Source: Alphaproteobacteria bacterium (lineage in GTDB: Bacteria > Pseudomonadota > Alphaproteobacteria > JBKEAR01). Taken from it: 64,000 nt of DNA. Under the pieces are notes generated by a model that was given only the letters and a program-made list of their open reading frames with translations, was not told where the DNA came from and made no database searches. The stretch spans positions 2,973 through 66,972 of the forward strand of contig JBKEBO010000016.1 of NCBI GenBank assembly GCA_047973205.1. The letters run 5' to 3'. The translations under genes were made by a program, and so were the position numbers. Shown piece by piece: positions 28,329 through 37,071 of the stretch. Every line of letters starts with the position of its first letter. Position 1 is the stretch's first letter.

Positions 28329-29708
28329 ATGTTGAATTATGGCATGAATAAAAAATTATTATCTATTATAAGTTGCTTAATCTTATTCGTTACAGCACAA
28401 AATACATTGGCGAATGAACGCCCTGATGCAACAATTGTTGTTGATGCTTTTTCGGGAAAAGTTCTTTCAGCCGTTGCTGCTGATTCCCCACGTTTTCCTG
28501 CATCACTCACCAAGATGATGACTCTTTATCTTCTTTTTGATGAGCTTAAAGCAGGACGCTATACAATGAATAGCCGTCTTAAGGTATCATCCCATGCCTC
28601 TAAAGCAGAACCCTCTCGATTAGGCTTAAAGCCTGGTCAAACCATTACGGTCAAAGAGGCTATTTATGCTCTTATTACCAAGTCGGCTAATGATGTTGCT
28701 ATTGTTGTTGGTGAAAATATTGCAGGCTCTGAGGCTAAATTCGCCGCTCGTATGACCAAAAAGGCTCGAGCTATTGGCATGAGTCGCACGACATTTAAAA
28801 ATGCCTCTGGCCTTCCAGATCCATCACAAAAAACAACAGCTCGTGATATGGCAACCTTAGGGCGTATGTTGATTATTAATCATGGTAACTATTACCATAT
28901 GTTTGGAGCAAAATCTTATAATATCAAAGGTGTATCCTATAAAAATCATAATGGACTTTTAGGAAAATATGCAGGTATTGACGGTATTAAAACAGGTTAT
29001 ATTCGTGCTGCTGGCTTTAACTTAGTGGCTTCGGCACAACGTGGTGATATGCGTCTTGTTGGGGTTGTTATTGGTGGTGAAACCTCAGCTTCACGAAACT
29101 CTATGATGACCAAACTTTTAGATAGAGGCTTTATCCAACTTGCTTCTAAACGAAAAAATTGGGTGAACCCAAAAGCTAAACCACAAAATATGCTCCGTGT
29201 TGCAAACTCAAGCCCAACACAAGAGACTCCAACACAACAAGTTGCTACTAACGATACACAGACAACCACAGAGCCTGATACTTCTGTTATCAACGACCTT
29301 TTAGCAGGCAACAGCACCGCAAGCAGTAAGGCCTTAACTATCGTCCCTCCTCCTGCCCGCCCTTTTGATACAGCTCAAGCCTCACAAAGCACAGCACAAT
29401 CTCAGCCTAATGCAAAAACCAACCCTTCTGGCCAATATGCTATTATTTTAGCCTCACAATCAACCTATGAGCAGGCCGAAGAAAAGGCTCACATTGTTTA
29501 TGATAGCATCAAAAATATTATCCCCGAAGGTCATGCAAAAATATATCCATTAGCGACTAGTGATAATCAATTTACTTATGAGCCAATGATACAAGGGCTT
29601 AATAGTACTGATGCTCTAACAGCTTGTCAGCTTGTAAAAAATATGGGTGAGAGCTGCAATATTTCCTCAGCAAATCAAAACCTTGCAACCCAAAATCAGT
29701 CTTCATAA
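28329..29708 (+). CDS. D-alanyl-D-alanine carboxypeptidase (S11, PBP5/6-like) with Q/T/P-rich linker and SPOR-like C-terminal domain
   Basis: Signal peptide. Motifs SLTKMMT (SxxK), SANDVA (SxN) and KTGY (KTG). A low-complexity linker follows, then a C-terminal ~80 aa segment (GQYAIILASQSTYEQAEEKA...) resembling SPOR. Confidence 0.85.
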   Translation: MLNYGMNKKLLSIISCLILFVTAQNTLANERPDATIVVDAFSGKVLSAVAADSPRFPASLTKMMTLYLLFDELKAGRYTMNSRLKVSSHASKAEPSRLGLKPGQTITVKEAIYALITKSANDVAIVVGENIAGSEAKFAARMTKKARAIGMSRTTFKNASGLPDPSQKTTARDMATLGRMLIINHGNYYHMFGAKSYNIKGVSYKNHNGLLGKYAGIDGIKTGYIRAAGFNLVASAQRGDMRLVGVVIGGETSASRNSMMTKLLDRGFIQLASKRKNWVNPKAKPQNMLRVANSSPTQETPTQQVATNDTQTTTEPDTSVINDLLAGNSTASSKALTIVPPPARPFDTAQASQSTAQSQPNAKTNPSGQYAIILASQSTYEQAEEKAHIVYDSIKNIIPEGHAKIYPLATSDNQFTYEPMIQGLNSTDALTACQLVKNMGESCNISSANQNLATQNQSS

Positions 29709-29834
29709 GTTTTTTGTGATTATATTCTGTAGCCTATAAATGGGGCTTTGCTCTGTCATACTAAAAGCATGTTATCAACATGGCATTTCCCTATGCTTTA
29801 TTCTGAAATATCTTAGAATAACAACCCAATCTTA

Positions 29835-29984
29835 TTTTTGCGGCCACACCCCGCACCCGTTAGTCGCTTATGCTCCTTCAACCCTTTTTGCGGCCACACC
29901 CCGCACCCGTTAGTCGCTTATGCTCCTTCAACCCTTTTTGCGGCCACACCCCGCACCCGTTAGTCGCTTATGCTCCTTCAACCC
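29835..29984. repeat. Perfect 3 x 50 bp GC-rich tandem repeat
   Basis: TTTTTGCGGCCACACCCCGCACCCGTTAGTCGCTTATGCTCCTTCAACCC occurs at 29835-29884, 29885-29934 and 29935-29984, with no mismatches. Confidence 0.97.
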
Positions 29985-30109
29985 TTAAGCGGGAGAGTCA
30001 ATACTATAAAATAAGTCTTGTTGCTTTTTGATACAAAGTTTATTATTATTCTAAAAGATTTAGATAACAATATAGAATTATAATATATTCGTACAGGAGG
30101 AATACCTAA

Positions 30110-32770
30110 ATGGTTACCAATAAAGAATTGAAATCAAACCTTAATGTCAATGGTAAAGACTATACAATCTTTTCTCTAAAAGATGCCCAAAATAAGCTTG
30201 GTATAAACTTAAATAAGCTTCCTTTTAGCCTAAAGATTCTAGCTGAAAATTTACTGCGTAACTTAGACGAACGCACTGTAACTGCTGAGGATATTAAAGC
30301 TTTAGAAGAATGGATTAAGAACGGCCATGTAAACCGTGAGATTGCTTACCGCCCTGCTCGTGTACTCATGCAAGATTTTACAGGTGTTCCAGCCGTAGTC
30401 GACCTAGCAGCTATGCGGCAAGCTATTTTTGATAAAGGGGGCGATGCAGATAAAATCAATCCTCTTTCTCCAGTAGATTTGGTTATTGACCATTCTATCA
30501 TGATTGACTTTTTTGGTGATGGAAGCTCTTTGGATAAAAACGAAAAACTTGAGTTTGAGCGTAACTTCGAACGCTATGCTTTTTTACGTTGGGGGCAAAA
30601 AGCCTTTAATAACTTTAGAGTCGTGCCTCCTGGAACAGGGATTTGTCACCAAGTTAATCTTGAATATTTAGCCAAAACCGTTTGGACAAAAGAAGAAGAT
30701 GGTCAAACCTTTGCTTATCCTGATACATTAGTGGGTACAGATAGCCATACCACAATGATTAACGGCCTTGGTGTTCTTGGTTGGGGTGTTGGTGGTATTG
30801 AGGCCGAGGCCGCTATGCTTGGCCAGCCTATATCTATGCTTATTCCTGATGTGATTGGCTTTGAACTTACAGGTAAACTTTCGGAAGGTGCTACGGCAAC
30901 CGATTTAGTCTTGCGTGTAGTCGAAATGCTTCGTCAAAAGGGCGTTGTGGGTAAGTTCGTTGAATTTTATGGCGAAGGTTTAAGAGAGCTTCCACTAACA
31001 GACCGTGCAACCATTGCTAATATGGCTCCTGAATATGGGGCGACATGTGGTATCTTCCCTATTGATAATGAAACACTCAACTACTTACGTTTTTCGGGGC
31101 GTGATGCTGATACTGTTGCTCTTGTTGAAGCCTATGCTAAAGAGCAAGGTATGTGGCGTGAAGATATGGAAACTCCTGTTTTCTCCGATACGCTTTCTTT
31201 AGATTTATCAACTGTAAAACCAGCTATTGCAGGGCCTAAACGTCCACAAGACCGTATTGATTTAGACCAAGCCAAAACATCATTTTTTGGTACTTTAAAG
31301 CAAGATGGCGGCCGTGATGCTCTAAAAGCTGTTGCTGTAAAAAATGCTGATTATGAACTCAATGATGGTAGCGTAATGATTGCCGCAATTACAAGCTGTA
31401 CCAATACGTCTAACCCATCAGTACTGATTGCCGCAGGGCTTGTTGCTAAAAAAGCTCACGCTCTTGGCTTAACCTCAAAACCTTGGGTAAAAACAAGCCT
31501 AGCCCCTGGCTCTTTAGTGGTTCGGGATTATTTAGCCGCTGCAGGATTACAAGAACATCTTGATGCTCTTGGTTTTAATATTGCGGGCTTTGGTTGTACC
31601 ACATGTATTGGTAACTCTGGACCTTTAGCCGATGAGTTGGTTGAGGCCATTAATGAGGGTGAGCTTTTTGTTTCGGCCGTTCTTTCGGGTAATAGAAACT
31701 TTGAGGGTCGTGTAAGTCCTCATACAAAAGCCAATTACTTAGCCTCTCCTCCTTTAGTTGTTGCCTATGCGATTGCAGGCTCAACGGCTGTAGATATCAC
31801 CACTGAAAGTCTTGGTAATGATAAAGATGGCAATCCTGTTTATCTTAAAGATATTTGGCCAACAAGTGATGAAATTAAAGCTATTTTATCCGAGGTTCTC
31901 AAACCAGAAATGTTTGCTAAAAGCTATGGAAGCGTATTTGAAGGTACAGCTGCATGGCAGAATATTGCGGCTCCTCAGGGCCAAGTTTTCGAATGGGATA
32001 ACAGCTCAACCTATATTCGTTTACCTTCCTTTTTTGAGGGTGAGCAAGGTGGCGAAGCCAAAAATATCACGGCAGCTCGTCCATTAGCTCTTTTAGGCGA
32101 TAGTATCACAACCGACCATATCTCTCCTGCTGGTGCGATTAAAGCCGATAGTCCTGCAGGTCGTTACCTCCAAGAAAATGGCGTAAGCCCTAAAGATTTT
32201 AACTCTTACGGTTCTCGCCGTGGTAACCATGAGGTCATGATGCGGGGTACATTTGCCAATATTCGTATCCGTAACGAAATGGCTCCTGGTACTGAGGGCG
32301 GTGTTACCAAGCATCAACCAACAGGCGAAGTTATGTCTATTTACGATGCCGCAATGCTCTATAAGGCTGAGGCTACACCACTTATTGTTATTGGCGGTAA
32401 GGAATATGGTACAGGCTCTTCTCGCGACTGGGCCGCTAAAGGGACTAATCTTTTAGGTGTAAGTGCTGTGATTGTGGAAAGCTTTGAGCGTATCCACCGT
32501 AGTAACCTTGTGGGTATGGGTATTCTTCCTTTACAATTTAAGGAAGGAACTGATCGTAAAACATTAAAGCTTGATGGCACAGAAACATTTGATATCAAAG
32601 GTTTAGAAAATGGTCTTAAGCCTGCTATGGATGTAAGCTTAACTATTCACCGTACCGATGGCTCATCAGAGGAAGTCTCTCTTCTTTGCCGTATCGATAC
32701 ACTCGATGAGATTGACTATTACCTAGCTGGTGGTATCTTGCAGCATGTTCTTGGTAACTTAGCTGGATAA
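30110..32770 (+). CDS. acnA: Aconitate hydratase A
   Basis: 886 aa. Fe-S ligand regions ([20 protein letters not shown]) and a swivel domain with the DHISPAG region. AGGAGG lies 8 nt upstream of the ATG. Confidence 0.96.
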   Translation: MVTNKELKSNLNVNGKDYTIFSLKDAQNKLGINLNKLPFSLKILAENLLRNLDERTVTAEDIKALEEWIKNGHVNREIAYRPARVLMQDFTGVPAVVDLAAMRQAIFDKGGDADKINPLSPVDLVIDHSIMIDFFGDGSSLDKNEKLEFERNFERYAFLRWGQKAFNNFRVVPPGTGICHQVNLEYLAKTVWTKEEDGQTFAYPDTLVGTDSHTTMINGLGVLGWGVGGIEAEAAMLGQPISMLIPDVIGFELTGKLSEGATATDLVLRVVEMLRQKGVVGKFVEFYGEGLRELPLTDRATIANMAPEYGATCGIFPIDNETLNYLRFSGRDADTVALVEAYAKEQGMWREDMETPVFSDTLSLDLSTVKPAIAGPKRPQDRIDLDQAKTSFFGTLKQDGGRDALKAVAVKNADYELNDGSVMIAAITSCTNTSNPSVLIAAGLVAKKAHALGLTSKPWVKTSLAPGSLVVRDYLAAAGLQEHLDALGFNIAGFGCTTCIGNSGPLADELVEAINEGELFVSAVLSGNRNFEGRVSPHTKANYLASPPLVVAYAIAGSTAVDITTESLGNDKDGNPVYLKDIWPTSDEIKAILSEVLKPEMFAKSYGSVFEGTAAWQNIAAPQGQVFEWDNSSTYIRLPSFFEGEQGGEAKNITAARPLALLGDSITTDHISPAGAIKADSPAGRYLQENGVSPKDFNSYGSRRGNHEVMMRGTFANIRIRNEMAPGTEGGVTKHQPTGEVMSIYDAAMLYKAEATPLIVIGGKEYGTGSSRDWAAKGTNLLGVSAVIVESFERIHRSNLVGMGILPLQFKEGTDRKTLKLDGTETFDIKGLENGLKPAMDVSLTIHRTDGSSEEVSLLCRIDTLDEIDYYLAGGILQHVLGNLAG

Positions 32771-32796
32771 TATTTTTAAGGCTTTAAACTAAGAAT

Positions 32797-32827
32797 AAAA
32801 GAGCTCCAATTTTGGGGCTCTTTTTTA
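32797..32827 (+). terminator. Rho-independent terminator of acnA
   Basis: GAGCTCC (32801-32807) / GGGGCTC (32814-32820) followed by TTTTTT. Confidence 0.7.
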
Positions 32828-32832
32828 TGCTC

Positions 32833-33115
32833 GCCCCTAGACTATTCTGATTAATATTTTATGCAAAATAAGTACTCCATATATATTTTTTAATACCCAA
32901 TTTTTACAAATTTTACCCATTTTAACCCATTTTTGACCATATTAGTCCATATTTATCCAATTTAAAGCATATTTTGCCAACTCATTTCATCAAGTTTCTT
33001 GCTTTCAACACCCTCACCATTTGCCATTATTTGGATTTTTATGGCCAATAAATGGATAAATATGGACTAATATGGACTAATATGGACAAAAATGGGCAAA
33101 GCCCCATTAATATTA
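32833..33115. repeat. Phased-repeat inverted element, copy B (best-preserved inverted repeat)
   Basis: Left arm has CCAT/CCAA at 32917, 32927, 32937, 32947, 32957... in an exact 10-bp register. Right arm has ATGG at 33052, 33062, 33072, 33082 and 33092. Left CCCATTTTTGACCATATTAGTCCATATTTATCCA matches the reverse complement of the right arm, apart from 2 mismatches and one 10-bp unit. Confidence 0.85.
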
Positions 33116-33125
33116 CAGATATCTA

Positions 33126-33971
33126 TCACCTCAATAAGCTATTGGGGTTTTTGGGGTTTATGCGATGATAAATCATTTTTCCTGATAATGCTCCTTTAAA
33201 TGCGGCATAAATCATTTGGTCTTTTTCACTATAGCGAGAACGCACATAATTTCCTTTGATATTTAATCGAGCCAAACTTCTATATTTTCTATAAAAATCA
33301 TCAACTTCTTTCGCTGTTAAAGGCCATAAATCAAAGTTTCTTGTGGCAAAGCTCGGATAGACTTTAATTAATTTTTCTGAGATTACTTTAAGTGGTGCTA
33401 TCAGTAAACTCTTAGGGTCAAATTTATCTACTCTTTTAATAGCAACACTATCCTTATTTTGCTTATTTATCAAAGTAATCTCAAGGTAATCTCCTAGATC
33501 TTTAATATCTCTAATCATAATATATTTATCTTGAGACGTATATTCATAAAACCCTTGAACATCATCTGATGTTAAAGGATTTTCGGCAAAATCTCGCCCC
33601 GAAAATATCGCTAAATCTCCTTTATATTCACTCAGCTCTTCATTCAAAACAACTGTATTTATAAGGGTTTGAGGCTCTTTAGGGTCAATTTGATGATGGA
33701 AAATTTCACCATCGCTTAACCGCTGTAAACTTAGCTTAAACATACCATCCTTGGGATAAATGGATTGCAGCCCTAATTCACCAATATTATCTTGTTGTTC
33801 TGTAAGCCAAATTTCATAAAAGTTTTCAATATCACCCATTGTGAGAGGTTTCTGATTAAAATCTCGTCCCTCTTCAAAGTAACTCTTAATATCAACTTCG
33901 GCATAAGCTATTGAAAAACTTAATAAATATATGATAATTGCATATAAGATATTTTTTGACATTTGAAGCAT
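33126..33971 (-). CDS. Hypothetical secreted protein with three internal ~85-aa repeats
   Basis: Signal peptide (IIIYLLSFSIAYA). Three repeats each begin with (R/G)(D/N)F---PLT--D(I/V)--FY and end with a (I/V)(D/N)P/DPK-P--L segment. No known domain recognised. Confidence 0.6.
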   Translation of the reverse strand: MLQMSKNILYAIIIYLLSFSIAYAEVDIKSYFEEGRDFNQKPLTMGDIENFYEIWLTEQQDNIGELGLQSIYPKDGMFKLSLQRLSDGEIFHHQIDPKEPQTLINTVVLNEELSEYKGDLAIFSGRDFAENPLTSDDVQGFYEYTSQDKYIMIRDIKDLGDYLEITLINKQNKDSVAIKRVDKFDPKSLLIAPLKVISEKLIKVYPSFATRNFDLWPLTAKEVDDFYRKYRSLARLNIKGNYVRSRYSEKDQMIYAAFKGALSGKMIYHRINPKNPNSLLR

Positions 33972-34027
33972 TACTCTCTTTTTAAGAGTGTATAATAATC
34001 AATCTTGCCTTAAAGATAAAGAGAATA

Positions 34028-34906
34028 TTATTTGCGTAATGCTTTGATAATATTGATATACTCATGATGTTCTGGAGTAATAATATTATGGCGAATAAAA
34101 AAGTCAATAATCACCATAGCTGAATTGGCTTTAAAATCTTTAGTATTTTGAACAATATCAGCAACATCCCTATAATGCATTAAGGTAAAGCTCTCCACTT
34201 CACCATCATTAGGAATAGGGGTAAAATCCTCAGGTAATTCAAGGTCGTAGATGAACATCTCATCACGGTGCAAACCATCCCAATTAACATTATAGGTAAT
34301 GGCTGAAACGGCTTGAGCTTGAATGGCAAGCTCATAGGGAATATTGGCTTCTTCCTTAGCTTCTTTAATAATATTTTCAAAGGGTGATAAATCCGCAGGT
34401 TGGCCACCACCAACAATTTGATCCAGCTTAGATGGCCATGAGGGCTTGTTTTTAGAACGTTTTGCCACCCAAATATAAAGACCCTCAGGTTTTTTAACAT
34501 AGCCATTAATAAATACGCCCCAAGCCTTAAGGCCAAAATGGGCAACTGCTCCACGTTCTAGGTGAAACTCAGCATCTTCATAAAAATCAACACTTGCCCG
34601 AAAATTTTCATTTCGCCATTTGGGAAAAAGTTGATGTTTTTTTTGAATATCTTGGAGAGTATGTTGAATAGCCTTTGTTCGTTTATCAAAGCTATCAAGC
34701 CTATGATGCAATGCTATATGATAGGGTTGAGAACCAACAAAAACATCGCCATAATCACTTAAGAGCCTGTCTATAAAGCTTTTTTCGGGGCGAGCCAAAA
34801 GCCGCTTCTTATGGTCATAAAAGTAACCATAATCATCATCATTATAACGATTACATTCTACGATACGCTCCAAGTAACTCAATTTAGTCTTTTCCTGCTT
34901 TGACAT
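34028..34906 (-). CDS. NUDIX hydrolase with N-terminal DUF4743-like extension
   Basis: Nudix box GGGQPADLSPFENIIKEAKEEANI (GX5EX7REUXEEXGU pattern). 292 aa. It overlaps the gcrA stop by 23 nt. Confidence 0.75.
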   Translation of the reverse strand: MSKQEKTKLSYLERIVECNRYNDDDYGYFYDHKKRLLARPEKSFIDRLLSDYGDVFVGSQPYHIALHHRLDSFDKRTKAIQHTLQDIQKKHQLFPKWRNENFRASVDFYEDAEFHLERGAVAHFGLKAWGVFINGYVKKPEGLYIWVAKRSKNKPSWPSKLDQIVGGGQPADLSPFENIIKEAKEEANIPYELAIQAQAVSAITYNVNWDGLHRDEMFIYDLELPEDFTPIPNDGEVESFTLMHYRDVADIVQNTKDFKANSAMVIIDFFIRHNIITPEHHEYINIIKALRK

Positions 34907-35237
34907 AGGCTTGTTTGCAGTGATCTAAGCAATATGGTTTGCTTGGGATTGATGGTTTTCCACAAAAGTGGAAATCATCATCATTAGGATCTCCTGAGGG
35001 CCAACAACACATGCCATGCTCTAAATTTTCTAGACGGATAAGGTCTAATTTAGGTTTGGGCTTTTTGGCAATTTTTTTGATGGGCGACTGCCTTTTAGGT
35101 AGGCCTAAACGGTGAGCCTTACCCACAACCGCATTTTTGGTAATGCCCAGCATACGGCCAATCTCCGCCGTTGATAACTCTTGCGACCATAATTTTGTGA
35201 GTTCTGCAATACGCTCTTCTGTCCATTCTAAGGCCAT
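34884..35237 (-). CDS. gcrA: Cell-cycle transcriptional regulator GcrA (short form, 117 aa)
   Basis: The N-terminus W-T-EERIAELTKLW-...S-AEIGRMLG-TKNAV-GKAHRLGL and the C-terminal C-WP-GDP...F-FCG...PYC--H are the two conserved GcrA modules. Confidence 0.88.
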   Translation of the reverse strand: MALEWTEERIAELTKLWSQELSTAEIGRMLGITKNAVVGKAHRLGLPKRQSPIKKIAKKPKPKLDLIRLENLEHGMCCWPSGDPNDDDFHFCGKPSIPSKPYCLDHCKQAYVKAGKD

Positions 35238-35242
35238 AACCC

Positions 35243-36841
35243 CTATACTCCTTTATTTAAATCTTCGCCCTTAATAATACGGGCAATTAAATTTTTACTA
35301 TTTTCAAGGCCATAAAGAGCAAAAAAGCTCCCCATTCTTGGCCCTTGTGATTGCCCAAGTAAAATCTCGTAAAGAGCTTTGAACCAATCACGTAAATTCT
35401 CATATTCAAATTCTTTGCCTGTGGCATAAACCATATTTTGCAGCTCACTCCCTTGAGTTTGCTCATCAGCCGTATTGAGCTTTTCTAATAATGAAATCAA
35501 GGCCTTTTTTTCAGCATCTGTTGGCATACGGTAAGTAATCGTTGGCTTAATACGGTCTTTATAATAAAGCACTGCATGCTGACAAAGCCTATCGAGTAAT
35601 GGGTTATTTTGTGCATTTAAGCTACTATCATAAGTTTTGATAAAGCCCCATAAAATATCTTTATCTTGAGCATGAACAACCGAAGCCAAATTCAACAACA
35701 TACTAAAAGAAACAGGCAATGATATCTGCGGCACATCGCCATTATAAGTATGCCATACAGGATTGTTCATCTGCTTTGTTAAATCACTTTGCTGATGATA
35801 AGCCTCCACTTGGCTAACCCATTCATCCACATGTTTAGGAATAACATCAAAATATAATCGTTTGGCGGTTGTTGGCTTTAAAAACATATAATAGGCAAGG
35901 CTTTCTTCTGGCCCATAACGCAACCATTCATCCATGGTTAACCCATTGCCTTTAGACTTCGAAATCTTAGAGCCTTCCTCATCTAAAAATAGCTCATATG
36001 CTAAATTTTGCGGTGGCTCACCACCTAATACTCGGCAAATTTTTGCTCCTAAAGTATAGCTATCGATAAGGTCTTTGCCATGCATTTCATAATCCACATC
36101 AAGAGCAGCCCAACGCATTGCCCAATCAACTTTCCACTGGAGCTTCACATTGCCATCAAAAATTGATACGGTTTTTGATTGCCCATCGGCATCCGTAAAA
36201 GTAATTGTTCCAGCTTTTGCATCAACCTCTTGCATTGGTACTTGGAGAACCTCGCCCGTTGTTGGCGATATAGGTAAAAATGGACTATAAGTTGCCTGAC
36301 GTTCTTCACCTAAGGACGGTAGCATAATCTTCATTATTTTATCATAATTTTCAGCCACTTTTGTTAGAGTCTCATTAAAGCGACCAGACTTATATTGTTC
36401 GGTTGCCGAATAAAGCTCATACTCAAAGCCAAATTGATCTAAAAATTCTTTAAGCATATTATTATTATGCTCACCAAAACTATTAAATTTACCATAAGGA
36501 TCAGGGACTTTTGTTAAGGGAAGATTTAAATTTTGTTGTAAAAGCTCCTGATTTGGCACATTGGATGGAACTTTTCTTAACCCATCCATATCGTCCGAAA
36601 AGCAAATCAGCTTGGTAGGAATTTTATTTTCTGTAAGGATTTTAAAGGCATGAATAACCATAGATGTACGGGCATTTTCACCAAATGTTCCGATATGGGG
36701 CAAGCCTGATGGTCCGTAACCCGATTGAAATAACACATATCCCTTAGCTGGTGTTTGTCCCTTAATACGCTTAATAATCTTTTTGGCTTCTGCAAAAGGC
36801 CAAGCGTTACTTTTAAGGGCGGCACCAACAATATCTGTCAT
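35243..36841 (-). CDS. lysK: Lysine--tRNA ligase, class I
   Basis: Class I LysRS N-terminus (NAWPF-EA), GPSGLPHIGTFGE (HIGH-like) and KISKSKGNG (KMSKS). ATG 36841 is preceded by AAAGAAAGGA. The 40-codon upstream extension is rejected. Confidence 0.92.
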   Translation of the reverse strand: MTDIVGAALKSNAWPFAEAKKIIKRIKGQTPAKGYVLFQSGYGPSGLPHIGTFGENARTSMVIHAFKILTENKIPTKLICFSDDMDGLRKVPSNVPNQELLQQNLNLPLTKVPDPYGKFNSFGEHNNNMLKEFLDQFGFEYELYSATEQYKSGRFNETLTKVAENYDKIMKIMLPSLGEERQATYSPFLPISPTTGEVLQVPMQEVDAKAGTITFTDADGQSKTVSIFDGNVKLQWKVDWAMRWAALDVDYEMHGKDLIDSYTLGAKICRVLGGEPPQNLAYELFLDEEGSKISKSKGNGLTMDEWLRYGPEESLAYYMFLKPTTAKRLYFDVIPKHVDEWVSQVEAYHQQSDLTKQMNNPVWHTYNGDVPQISLPVSFSMLLNLASVVHAQDKDILWGFIKTYDSSLNAQNNPLLDRLCQHAVLYYKDRIKPTITYRMPTDAEKKALISLLEKLNTADEQTQGSELQNMVYATGKEFEYENLRDWFKALYEILLGQSQGPRMGSFFALYGLENSKNLIARIIKGEDLNKGV

Positions 36842-37071
36842 TTCAATTATCCTTTCTTTTTTACTGTATATAAGAAAAATAAAATGAACTTTATTAGATG
36901 AAGAGTCAAGTATTTTACGAATCGATATTTCTTTAATGGAAAAATCAAGCATCCTAGCCAACGACTCGGATGTTTTTTATGGAACAAAAAAAACTCCTTG
37001 AAGTCTTTGATAATATCGCTTACATATATACATATAAATATTTGTTTATATGTCTTGAGGAAAAGATTCCA

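Noticed and set aside
29835-29984. The 3 x 50 bp array considered as a CRISPR array or as a small coding gene (an ATG at 29870 opens about 53 codons across the repeats).
   Set aside because: The copies are contiguous with no spacers. The period is not a multiple of 3, so each unit is read in a different frame. The ATG has no Shine-Dalgarno, and the predicted peptide is low-complexity.
30079-30084. A perfect TATAAT 26 nt upstream of the acnA start codon.
   Set aside because: No acceptable -35 lies at 16-18 bp spacing. In DNA this AT-rich, TATAAT occurs by chance.
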